From positions 1 to 58,103 of the forward strand of contig JANPEL010000298.1 in the NCBI GenBank assembly GCA_031431925.1: a stretch of DNA of 58,103 nucleotides, given 5' to 3'. The stretch is from Gemmatimonadota bacterium (GTDB taxonomy: Bacteria; Gemmatimonadota; Gemmatimonadetes; Gemmatimonadales; GWC2-71-9). The translations under genes and the position numbers were made by a program. This document shows, one piece after another, positions 19,465-26,491 of the stretch; position 1 is the stretch's first letter, and every line of letters begins with the position of its first letter. The notes below the pieces were generated by a model. It worked only from the letters and a program-made list of their open reading frames with translations. It made no database searches and was not told the origin of the DNA.

Positions 19465-19476
19465 GCAACTAGTTGC
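19465..19476. promoter_or_regulatory. Perfect 12-bp palindrome GCAACTAGTTGC just upstream of the operon's first gene; candidate operator
   Basis: Read directly from the sequence. Lies 12-23 nt upstream of the ATG at 19453, in the 114-nt divergent region between the monooxygenase and the HhH gene. Contains the rare CTAG tetranucleotide. Confidence 0.35.
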
Positions 19477-19567
19477 CGGGGGCTGGTCGGGCCCCGGGCT
19501 TCCCCTGTCACGATTTCGGGATACCTTTGGCACCTGTCGGAGTTCCTACACTCTCATCGGAGGTGTT

Positions 19568-20080
19568 ATGGCTCGGAGATGGTCGTCGTTCTTCAGTGGC
19601 TTTGCTCTGATCGCCGTGCTCTCGGGGCGGGCAGTTGGCCAGGCCGAGACCATGCTCGATCTCAACACCGCGACGCAGGCACAGCTGGTGGCGTATCCCG
19701 GCATTGGTCAGGCCTATGCCGCCAAGATCATCGCGGCCCGGCCGTTCAAGATGCGGAGCGAACTGGTGTCGCGGAAGATCATGCCCGCCACCGAGTACTT
19801 GAAGATCAAGAAGTGGCTGACCCCGACCTCCGAGGATGCGGCGGCGGAAGCCGCAGCCAACGTGTCGGCGCCCGCCGGTCCGGCCACCGACAGCGAGGGC
19901 CGTCTCAACCTCAACTCGGCGAGCCGGGACCAGTTGGCCAAGCTCCCCGGGATCGGTGAGGCCTATGCGACCAAGATCGTCGGGGGCCGCCCGTACAAGA
20001 CCTTTGATGAACTCGTCAGGCGGAACATCATGCCCGCCGCGGCGTTCAACAAAGTCCGGCAGCACTTGTTCATTCAGTAA
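19568..20080 (+). CDS. Secreted ComEA-like protein with two helix-hairpin-helix DNA-binding modules
   Basis: 170 aa from ATG at 19568, preceded by GGAGG. Signal peptide MARRWSSFFSGFALIAVLSGRAVGQA. Two copies of LNxN(T/S)A...L...PGIG.AYA.KI...RP(F/Y)K. The rest of the 953-aa track ORF is an antisense shadow. Confidence 0.8.
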   Translation: MARRWSSFFSGFALIAVLSGRAVGQAETMLDLNTATQAQLVAYPGIGQAYAAKIIAARPFKMRSELVSRKIMPATEYLKIKKWLTPTSEDAAAEAAANVSAPAGPATDSEGRLNLNSASRDQLAKLPGIGEAYATKIVGGRPYKTFDELVRRNIMPAAAFNKVRQHLFIQ

Positions 20081-20106
20081 CCGCCCTTCCGCAGTCATTT
20101 GGACGA

Positions 20107-20138
20107 GAAGGGGCCGGCTCGCGTGAGCCGGCCCCTTC
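20107..20138. terminator. Bidirectional intrinsic-terminator-like hairpin between convergent genes
   Basis: Perfect 14-bp stem GAAGGGGCCGGCTC / GAGCCGGCCCCTTC with loop GCGT. Lies 27 nt after the HhH gene stop and 20 nt after the minus-strand SDR gene stop. Only a weak T-tract follows. Confidence 0.6.
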
Positions 20139-20157
20139 GTGCTTCGCGCCCGGAGCC

Positions 20158-21291
20158 CTAACGACGGGCCCGCCATCCCGCCAATAACGCTGCTTCGCGG
20201 GCCGCCGTCAGGCCGGGACGCTTGCCATCCGGCCAGTCCGGATAGGTTGCCCGGTACCAGGTCAGGGTGTCCCGGGCCACGTCGGCAAACGGCCGGTGGG
20301 TCAGACCCGCTGCCCTGGCCTTAGCTCCACTCAAGTTGAAGGCGCCGATCCCTCCGTCGAGCCCGCTCGGCATTCCGGGATCGCGGTAGTCGTTGCGGGG
20401 CGGCCACCAGAGCGGCAAATCGAAATACGGGCGGACTTTCTGGCTCCGGAGGAAATCGGCGTCGACCCAGGTCAGCGAGGAGGGGGTCGTGGTCACCGCC
20501 TTGATGCCGTAGAGCATCTCGGCGAACGTCATAATCGGACCAACCGCGTTGTACTGGCCACCCCGTCGGTTTTCGACCATCTGGATGACCCAAGCCGCCA
20601 AGTCGCGGGCGTCGATGGCCTGAACCGGATCATCCGGGGCCCCGGGCGCCAACACGTCGCCGCCCCGATCCATCCGCACGGCCCAATAGGTAAAGAGGTG
20701 GTTGTTGTCGCCGGGGCCGAGGATCCAGCCGGGCCGAACCACGGTATAGTGATCGGGCATCACCTCGGCCACCGCCGCTTCGCAGAGGGCCTTGAGCGGG
20801 CCGTAGAACCGTTGGGGGTCGTGCGGCGTGCCGGCCGGGAGCGTGGCCAGCGGATAGGACTCGTCGATGTTAGCCGTGTGGTAATCGCGGTACGCGTCAA
20901 TGGTCGAGGTGTACATATAATGACCGACCGATCCCTTGAGCAGTTCGGCCGAGGCTTTGACGTCGGCGGGCACGTAGCCCGAGTTGTCGATGACCACATC
21001 CCAACTCTTGCCCTTGAGGGCGTCGAGTTGGCCGTGACGGTCGCCGATCAGCCGCTCGGCTTCCGGAAACAGGTCGGCGCCGGTCCGGCCCCGGGTAAAG
21101 AGCGACACCCGATGGCCCCGCTCGATGGCCTGGCGGACCATGTGAGGGCCGATGAAACCGGTGCCGCCGAGAAAGAGAATCCGGAGCGTTTTTTGGGCCG
21201 GGACCGCTGCAAAGGTGATCCGCCGGAGACCAGGGAGGCTGAGCAAGCCGGCGGCGGAGGACGTGAGGACGGCGCGTCGGGTCCAAGTCAT
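20158..21291 (-). CDS. NAD(P)-binding epimerase/dehydratase-family (extended SDR) protein with Tat signal
   Basis: 377 aa. Twin-arginine leader MTWTRRAVLTSSAAGLL. Rossmann motif ILFLGGTGFIGPH. Confidence 0.8.
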   Translation of the reverse strand: MTWTRRAVLTSSAAGLLSLPGLRRITFAAVPAQKTLRILFLGGTGFIGPHMVRQAIERGHRVSLFTRGRTGADLFPEAERLIGDRHGQLDALKGKSWDVVIDNSGYVPADVKASAELLKGSVGHYMYTSTIDAYRDYHTANIDESYPLATLPAGTPHDPQRFYGPLKALCEAAVAEVMPDHYTVVRPGWILGPGDNNHLFTYWAVRMDRGGDVLAPGAPDDPVQAIDARDLAAWVIQMVENRRGGQYNAVGPIMTFAEMLYGIKAVTTTPSSLTWVDADFLRSQKVRPYFDLPLWWPPRNDYRDPGMPSGLDGGIGAFNLSGAKARAAGLTHRPFADVARDTLTWYRATYPDWPDGKRPGLTAAREAALLAGWRARR

Positions 21292-21360
21292 GAGTCGTGA
21301 ATCTCGGTTGGGGTATCCGTCCCTACGGTTCCGGGCGGGGTGGGTTTCCGGTTCCGCCGG

Positions 21361-22608
21361 TCAGGGACGGAACACCGCAGCGTGCCCGAAGGCGTCGCCG
21401 CTGTTGCCGTGCGGCCACCGGCTCCGTACGAACGAAATCCCGCGCTGCCCTTCAGCGGACCGAAAGGTCTCGTCCCACGATAGCCGGCCGCTCGCGGGGT
21501 CGATCCGCGCCATCAGCATTCGATTCTCGCCGCCGTTTTCGGCCCCGACGATGAAACGGTTGGCGCCGGGGTCTTTGGCCAGCCAATGGGGGCGGAAGGT
21601 GCTGTCGGCGGTGAGGCGGGAGACTTCGCGGGGATGGGCCGGGTCCTGAACGTCGAGCGCCACGAGTTGATGAAGGTTGCCAACGGCCATGACCCAGTAG
21701 TGCCCGACCACGATCGGGATTCCGCAGGACCCCATCGGTTCCGGCGGCATGCTGATGGTATAGACGTTGGCGATCTTGGGCTCCGGCTCGCCGAGGCCGG
21801 TGACGCGGTAGAACCCGCAGCCAAAGGCGTTGAGCAGGATCGACCCGTCCGGCATGACCCGGGGTTCAAACGGGTACCCGTGCCCTCGAGGCAGCACGCC
21901 ACCCTCGGGGAGTTTGGCCGGGGGCACTTGCAAGGTCCGCAGGAGCTTCAAGTCGGACAGGCGCCAGATTTGAACGACATCGGCGCTGGTGTCCTCCATC
22001 ATCGGGGCACTGGTCATCAGCACCCGGTCGATGGCCGGCATGGCGGCAAATGAGTAGGGCCGGATCGGTACGCCGACGGTGGAGTCGGCGGCGCTGGCGG
22101 TTCTGAGGACCACACCGTTGGTGTCGAGTTCCGCGATGCCGCCATGCCCGCCGGGCATGGTCGGGTCACCGGCCAACGGGCTCGGGCCGTCGCTCCGAAG
22201 GAAGCCAACCAAGACATGGCCGTTAGGTAAGCGAACGATGTCATGCGGATATCGGTACGGCGCCACGGGTGGCAAGCGCCGCACCAGTGTCGGATGCGCC
22301 GCGTTTCTCGTATCGAACAGGAATACCGCTTCGTGATGATGGCTGTTGGCGAACAAGAGTTGGCCCGAGTCCGGCAACTGATACTCGAGGTGATGGGGCA
22401 GGGAGCCCGTGATCCCGACTGGCACCGTCGTCAGCACGGTTCCGTAGGTCGGGCTCGCAACTCCGACATCCACCACCGCCAGGAAATCGGAATCCGCCCC
22501 GTCCGCGTCGCCGGCCCAAACATAGAGAAAGCGCGAGGATGATGGAGACTCGGCGGCCGGGCGGCAGCCCGCTGTCAGGATCGCCGCGTACAGCAGCGCT
22601 CGCCTCAT
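21361..22608 (-). CDS. Lipoprotein, beta-propeller, SBP56 (selenium-binding protein / methanethiol oxidase)-like
   Basis: 415 aa from ATG at 22608 (ATGA overlap with the sulfatase stop). Lipobox LTAGC. FLYVWAGDADGADSDFLAVVDV...SPTYGTV resembles the SBP56 N-terminal signature. Assignment is from memory only. Confidence 0.55.
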   Translation of the reverse strand: MRRALLYAAILTAGCRPAAESPSSSRFLYVWAGDADGADSDFLAVVDVGVASPTYGTVLTTVPVGITGSLPHHLEYQLPDSGQLLFANSHHHEAVFLFDTRNAAHPTLVRRLPPVAPYRYPHDIVRLPNGHVLVGFLRSDGPSPLAGDPTMPGGHGGIAELDTNGVVLRTASAADSTVGVPIRPYSFAAMPAIDRVLMTSAPMMEDTSADVVQIWRLSDLKLLRTLQVPPAKLPEGGVLPRGHGYPFEPRVMPDGSILLNAFGCGFYRVTGLGEPEPKIANVYTISMPPEPMGSCGIPIVVGHYWVMAVGNLHQLVALDVQDPAHPREVSRLTADSTFRPHWLAKDPGANRFIVGAENGGENRMLMARIDPASGRLSWDETFRSAEGQRGISFVRSRWPHGNSGDAFGHAAVFRP

Positions 22609-23951
22609 GGCTTCGCCCCGGTCCGGGTGGCTTCGGCATCGACGTCCTTGGCCCACCCGGTGAGCAAGGGGCGAAGCCGCGCGGCAATGTCGGGACGGGT
22701 TGCCGCGAGATCGTTCCGCTCGCCGAGGTCCTTGCGGACGTCGAAGACCATCGCCGCGTTCCCGTCGATGAGCAGTTTCCAGTCGCCGAGCCGAACGGCC
22801 TGCTGGTTGATGTTTCCGGTCTTGGTCCGCCAGAACAGGGTCCGTTCCACCTCAGGGGCCCGGCGGGTCAGGATGGGGAGGAGGTCGATGCCGTCGAGAC
22901 GGGTGTCGGCCGGGACCGGGCTGTTGGTGGCGGCCAGGATCGATGCGGTCAGGTCCATCGTGATACCCACCTGGCCCGAGACGCCGCCCGCGGGAATCCG
23001 GCCCGGCCACCGGATGATCGTGGGGACCCGGATGCCGCCCTCCCACAGGGTGAACTTGCGATTGAAGAGGGGGGCATTCCGAGACAGCCACTCGCCGCCG
23101 TTGTCATTGGTGAAGATCACCAGGGTGTTCTGCTCGAGCCCAAGGGTGCGCAAGGTGCTGAGGATTTCCCCGATGCCGCGATCGGCCCGTTCGATCATCG
23201 CGACGTAGTCGGCCCGGGTGCTGGTCGAGTCGTCGAACGGCATCAGGTGACGGGCGTTGTCGCGGGCGACCGACGGATGATCGGGCCGCTGATACGGCCA
23301 ATGCCCGGCGTTGAAGGCAACTTCCAAGAAGAACGGCCGGGCCTGGTTCTTGGTGATGAACGACACCGAGTGGTCAGTGATGAGGTCCGTCATGTAACCG
23401 GTGACCTTGACGGGCGTGGCGTTCTCGAACAGGTCGGGCCGGCCGGCCCCGTCGGTGTGGGTGTAGTAGTCGATGTAGCCGCTCTTGAAGCCGAAGAAGT
23501 AATCGAACCCGTGGGCGTTCGGGCTGAACTCCGGCTTATATCCGAGGTGCCACTTCCCGAGGAGCGCGGTGGCGTAGCCGTTGTTCTTGAGGAGTTGGGG
23601 GAGCGACCGTCCCGTGACTGGGAGGCCGATTTCGGCGTGATGGCTGGTCGGGCCCCAGAGCGGCTCCTCGAGCGCCACTCGCTGCTGGTACCGCCCGGAG
23701 ATCAGCCCGGCGCGAGTGGGGGTGCAGAGCGGCGCGTTGGCATAGAAGTCCGTCAGCCGAACACCCTGCCTGCCTAACCGGTCGATGTTCGGGGTCTTGA
23801 TGTCCGGGGCGCCGTAACTCCCGATGTCACCATAGCCGACATCGTCGGTAATGATGAGGACCACGTTCGGCGGGGGCGGGGTCCGGTTTTGGGCGCCGGC
23901 GGGAATGCTCACCGCAGCCAGGAGCAGGACAATCGCAAGTCGATAACTCAC
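22605..23951 (-). CDS. Secreted arylsulfatase (formylglycine-dependent)
   Basis: 448 aa from GTG at 23951 (GTGA overlap with the TPR gene stop). Signal peptide VSYRLAIVLLLAAVSIPAGAQ. NVVLIITDDVGYGD plus the C-T-P-T-R sulfatase signature (LCTPTRAGLISGR). The 820-aa track ORF is an artefactual extension across the TPR gene. Confidence 0.85.
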   Translation of the reverse strand: MSYRLAIVLLLAAVSIPAGAQNRTPPPPNVVLIITDDVGYGDIGSYGAPDIKTPNIDRLGRQGVRLTDFYANAPLCTPTRAGLISGRYQQRVALEEPLWGPTSHHAEIGLPVTGRSLPQLLKNNGYATALLGKWHLGYKPEFSPNAHGFDYFFGFKSGYIDYYTHTDGAGRPDLFENATPVKVTGYMTDLITDHSVSFITKNQARPFFLEVAFNAGHWPYQRPDHPSVARDNARHLMPFDDSTSTRADYVAMIERADRGIGEILSTLRTLGLEQNTLVIFTNDNGGEWLSRNAPLFNRKFTLWEGGIRVPTIIRWPGRIPAGGVSGQVGITMDLTASILAATNSPVPADTRLDGIDLLPILTRRAPEVERTLFWRTKTGNINQQAVRLGDWKLLIDGNAAMVFDVRKDLGERNDLAATRPDIAARLRPLLTGWAKDVDAEATRTGAKP

Positions 23952-24769
23952 TTGAGCCGGCGAAGCTCCGCCTCCGCCACGATGAACCCGAAGCCCGGCC
24001 AGCCCCTTGAATCGATCACCCGACGGAACCACTGCCGGGCCTTGGCCGTGTCGCCCCGGACCAGATACCAGTTGCCAAGGCCGTAGCTCAACGTGGCGAG
24101 GGTAACGTCGCCGGTGTCGGCCGGGGTCACCACCTGGTCGGGCCCGATCAAGCCGCGGTAGAGCTTGAGCCGCCGGGCGTACCAGACCGTCGTCGGGAGG
24201 GAATCGGGCCGCCGGTCGAGCATGGCCTTGGCCTCGGCGGCCCGGCCTGCTCGGGCGAGCGACATCCAGAGCCAGTCGGTGGACCCGGCCAGTTCGCCGG
24301 GGTCCGGCGCGATCGGCTGGGCTTTGGCGAACGCGGCGGCTGCCCCGGGAAAGTCCGCCTTGGCGAAGCGGACCACGCCCAGGTGATACCAGAGTCCGTA
24401 GATCGAGGGGTCGAGTTTGGTGCCGGCCTCGAGATCGGCCCGGGCCTTTTCGAATTCGCGAACCGACAGATACCGATGACCCCGCCACCGGAGGAGGAGC
24501 GCGTTGTTGGGCTCGATGGCCAAGCCCCGGGTGAATGTGGCAATCGCTTCCCGAAACTGGCGCACCCCTGATTGGGCCACGCCGAGGGCGATGATCTTGG
24601 TCACGTTCTTGGGATCGGCCTTGAGGGCTTGCTCCGCTCGGGCCACCGCGCCGGTGTCGGGCTGCGACCGGTACTCGACCCCGGCTGGGGAGCGGTACTG
24701 AACGGACTGGCTCTGAGCGAGTGCCCAGGGGGCCGCCAGAAGGGGGGCGAAGATCCATCGAGCGCGCAT
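23948..24769 (-). CDS. Secreted TPR-repeat protein
   Basis: 273 aa. Signal peptide MRARWIFAPLLAAPWALAQ. Several Ala/Leu/Tyr-patterned 34-residue repeats. Confidence 0.7.
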   Translation of the reverse strand: MRARWIFAPLLAAPWALAQSQSVQYRSPAGVEYRSQPDTGAVARAEQALKADPKNVTKIIALGVAQSGVRQFREAIATFTRGLAIEPNNALLLRWRGHRYLSVREFEKARADLEAGTKLDPSIYGLWYHLGVVRFAKADFPGAAAAFAKAQPIAPDPGELAGSTDWLWMSLARAGRAAEAKAMLDRRPDSLPTTVWYARRLKLYRGLIGPDQVVTPADTGDVTLATLSYGLGNWYLVRGDTAKARQWFRRVIDSRGWPGFGFIVAEAELRRLK

Positions 24770-24811
24770 TGGGCCTCGGGGTTGGAATTGGAAGTGGGGA
24801 ATCTGTTGGTG

Positions 24812-25939
24812 CTATACCAAGGCGCCGGCACCCAGGAACGCCGAGACCTCCGCCAGGCCCTGCTCCAAGACGGTTCGGTTGTTGGCGTACCCGATTCGGA
24901 CGTAGCCCTCCATGTCGAGGGCGCTGCCCGGGGTAAACATCACACCCTTGGTTTCGACCAGCCGGACGCAGAAGCTCTCGGACGACTTGGGTTCGGAGTA
25001 CTTGAGCAGCGCCGTCGTGCCGGATCGGGGTTTGATGTACGATATCGAAGGTTCGGCGCCGATCCACTGATCGAGCACGGCCAAGTTGGTGCGGACGATG
25101 TTGCGGCTCCGGGCCAGGATCTTGGCCCGGTGCTCGAGAGCAATCGACGCGAAATGATCGTCGAGCATGCCGACGCTGATCGTGTTGTAGTCGCGGTGCC
25201 GCGCCACGGCGTGGATCAACGATTGGGGTCCGGTAATCCAGCCCAGGCGCAAGCCCGCGAGCGAAAAGGCCTTCGACATGCTCCCGGTGCTGATGCCCCG
25301 CTCGTACAGATCGGCCACCGAGTCGGTGGTGCCGCTTCCCTCTTGATCGGTGCCGCGATAGACCTCGTCGGACAGCACGTAGGCACCGGACGCCCCGGCG
25401 ATTCGAACGATCGCCTCGAGCGTCGGGCGGTCCATCAGCGACCCCGTCGGGTTGTTGGGGTTGCTGAGCGCGATGATTTTGGTGCGAGGGGTGACGAGCC
25501 CGGCGAGCTCCTCGAGATCGGGCAGGAAGCGGTTCGACTCCGTGAGCCGGAGGCGCTTGACCGTGGCGCCCAGGCTTTCGGGAATCGAGTAGTGCTGCTG
25601 ATAGATCGGCACCAGGGTCACCACCTCGTCACCGGGTTCAACGAGGGTCTGGTACACGAGCGAGTTGCCGCCGATGGCGCCATGGGTGATCACGACGTTG
25701 GCCGCGCGCTGGGCCGCATAGAGTGATGCCACCAGCTCGCGGAGCCGGGCGGACCCCTCGATGGCGCCATAGGTGAGCTTGAGGGGCAGGAGTTCGTCGA
25801 GGATCGTCCCCTGCTTGCCGGCGAGCGTCAGCAGCTCCCGAACGGTCAGGGATTCGACGCAACTTTCGGCCAGGTTGTACCGACAAGTGGTTTCGTACCG
25901 GTCCATCCACCGTTCAACGGCGAATTCCTCAATGTGCAT
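24812..25939 (-). CDS. PLP-dependent aminotransferase, class I/II
   Basis: 375 aa from ATG at 25939 (1-nt overlap with the upstream stop). Motifs: SNPNNPTG and SMSKAFSLAGLRLGW (PLP lysine). Confidence 0.85.
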   Translation of the reverse strand: MHIEEFAVERWMDRYETTCRYNLAESCVESLTVRELLTLAGKQGTILDELLPLKLTYGAIEGSARLRELVASLYAAQRAANVVITHGAIGGNSLVYQTLVEPGDEVVTLVPIYQQHYSIPESLGATVKRLRLTESNRFLPDLEELAGLVTPRTKIIALSNPNNPTGSLMDRPTLEAIVRIAGASGAYVLSDEVYRGTDQEGSGTTDSVADLYERGISTGSMSKAFSLAGLRLGWITGPQSLIHAVARHRDYNTISVGMLDDHFASIALEHRAKILARSRNIVRTNLAVLDQWIGAEPSISYIKPRSGTTALLKYSEPKSSESFCVRLVETKGVMFTPGSALDMEGYVRIGYANNRTVLEQGLAEVSAFLGAGALV

Positions 25940-26481
25940 CAGGCCCGACCCTCGCCGGCCGACTGCTCCGCGACGCGCTTGAGGTTCGCGAGCCCCGCTT
26001 CGAAGTCCTTTCCGATCATCTTGTCCATGCTGACGAAGATGCCCATGAGTTTGGTCATGAAGCTGCTTGGGCCTTCCATGGTCCACGTGACCCGGGTGGC
26101 ATTCCCTTCGGCGGCCAAGGCAAACACGGTCGTGTTGTGGGACTCGAACGGCTTCAGAAAATCGAGCTTGATCGTGATGCGGGAATGGGGCTCCGATCCC
26201 GTGATCTCCATCCTCCCCATGCCGGCCTTTTTGTTGCCATCCCACGCGTACACCGCACCAAGGCCCTGCGCCGCGCCGCTATGAGATCGTTTCATGCTGG
26301 GGTCGAGGTGCTCCCACGGCGACCACGTGTCCCACCGATGAAAGTCATTGAGGAGGCCGAAGACCCCGCTCGGCGGGGTCTGCACGGTTGCCGTGCGTAC
26401 CACGCGGTACGAGTCCGGCCGGGTGGCCGCGAACAGCACGAGCGCCAGGACTGCGACGACGATGACAACGATGGCGGTCAT
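25939..26481 (-). CDS. SRPBCC (START/polyketide-cyclase-like) family protein with N-terminal TM anchor
   Basis: 180 aa with N-terminal hydrophobic helix MTAIVVIVVAVLALVLFAA. F..L.DF..W..WSPW is typical of SRPBCC ligand-binding proteins. Confidence 0.7.
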   Translation of the reverse strand: MTAIVVIVVAVLALVLFAATRPDSYRVVRTATVQTPPSGVFGLLNDFHRWDTWSPWEHLDPSMKRSHSGAAQGLGAVYAWDGNKKAGMGRMEITGSEPHSRITIKLDFLKPFESHNTTVFALAAEGNATRVTWTMEGPSSFMTKLMGIFVSMDKMIGKDFEAGLANLKRVAEQSAGEGRA

Positions 26482-26491
26482 GTGAATCCTC

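Noticed and set aside
17219-19567. The first ~780 codons of the 953-aa plus-strand ORF 17219..20080
   Set aside because: It runs antisense to the MarR, DUF2783-like and FAD-monooxygenase genes, which have clear family motifs. Its composition is Arg/Gly/Pro-rich, as is typical of high-GC shadow ORFs. Only the last 170 codons (19568..20080), which have an SD, a signal peptide and HhH motifs, look real.
22605-25067. 820-aa ORF read as one giant protein
   Set aside because: Only the C-terminal 448 aa (from GTG at 23951) is sulfatase-like and begins with a signal peptide. The upstream part overlaps the well-formed TPR gene (23948..24769) in another frame and is Arg/Pro-rich.
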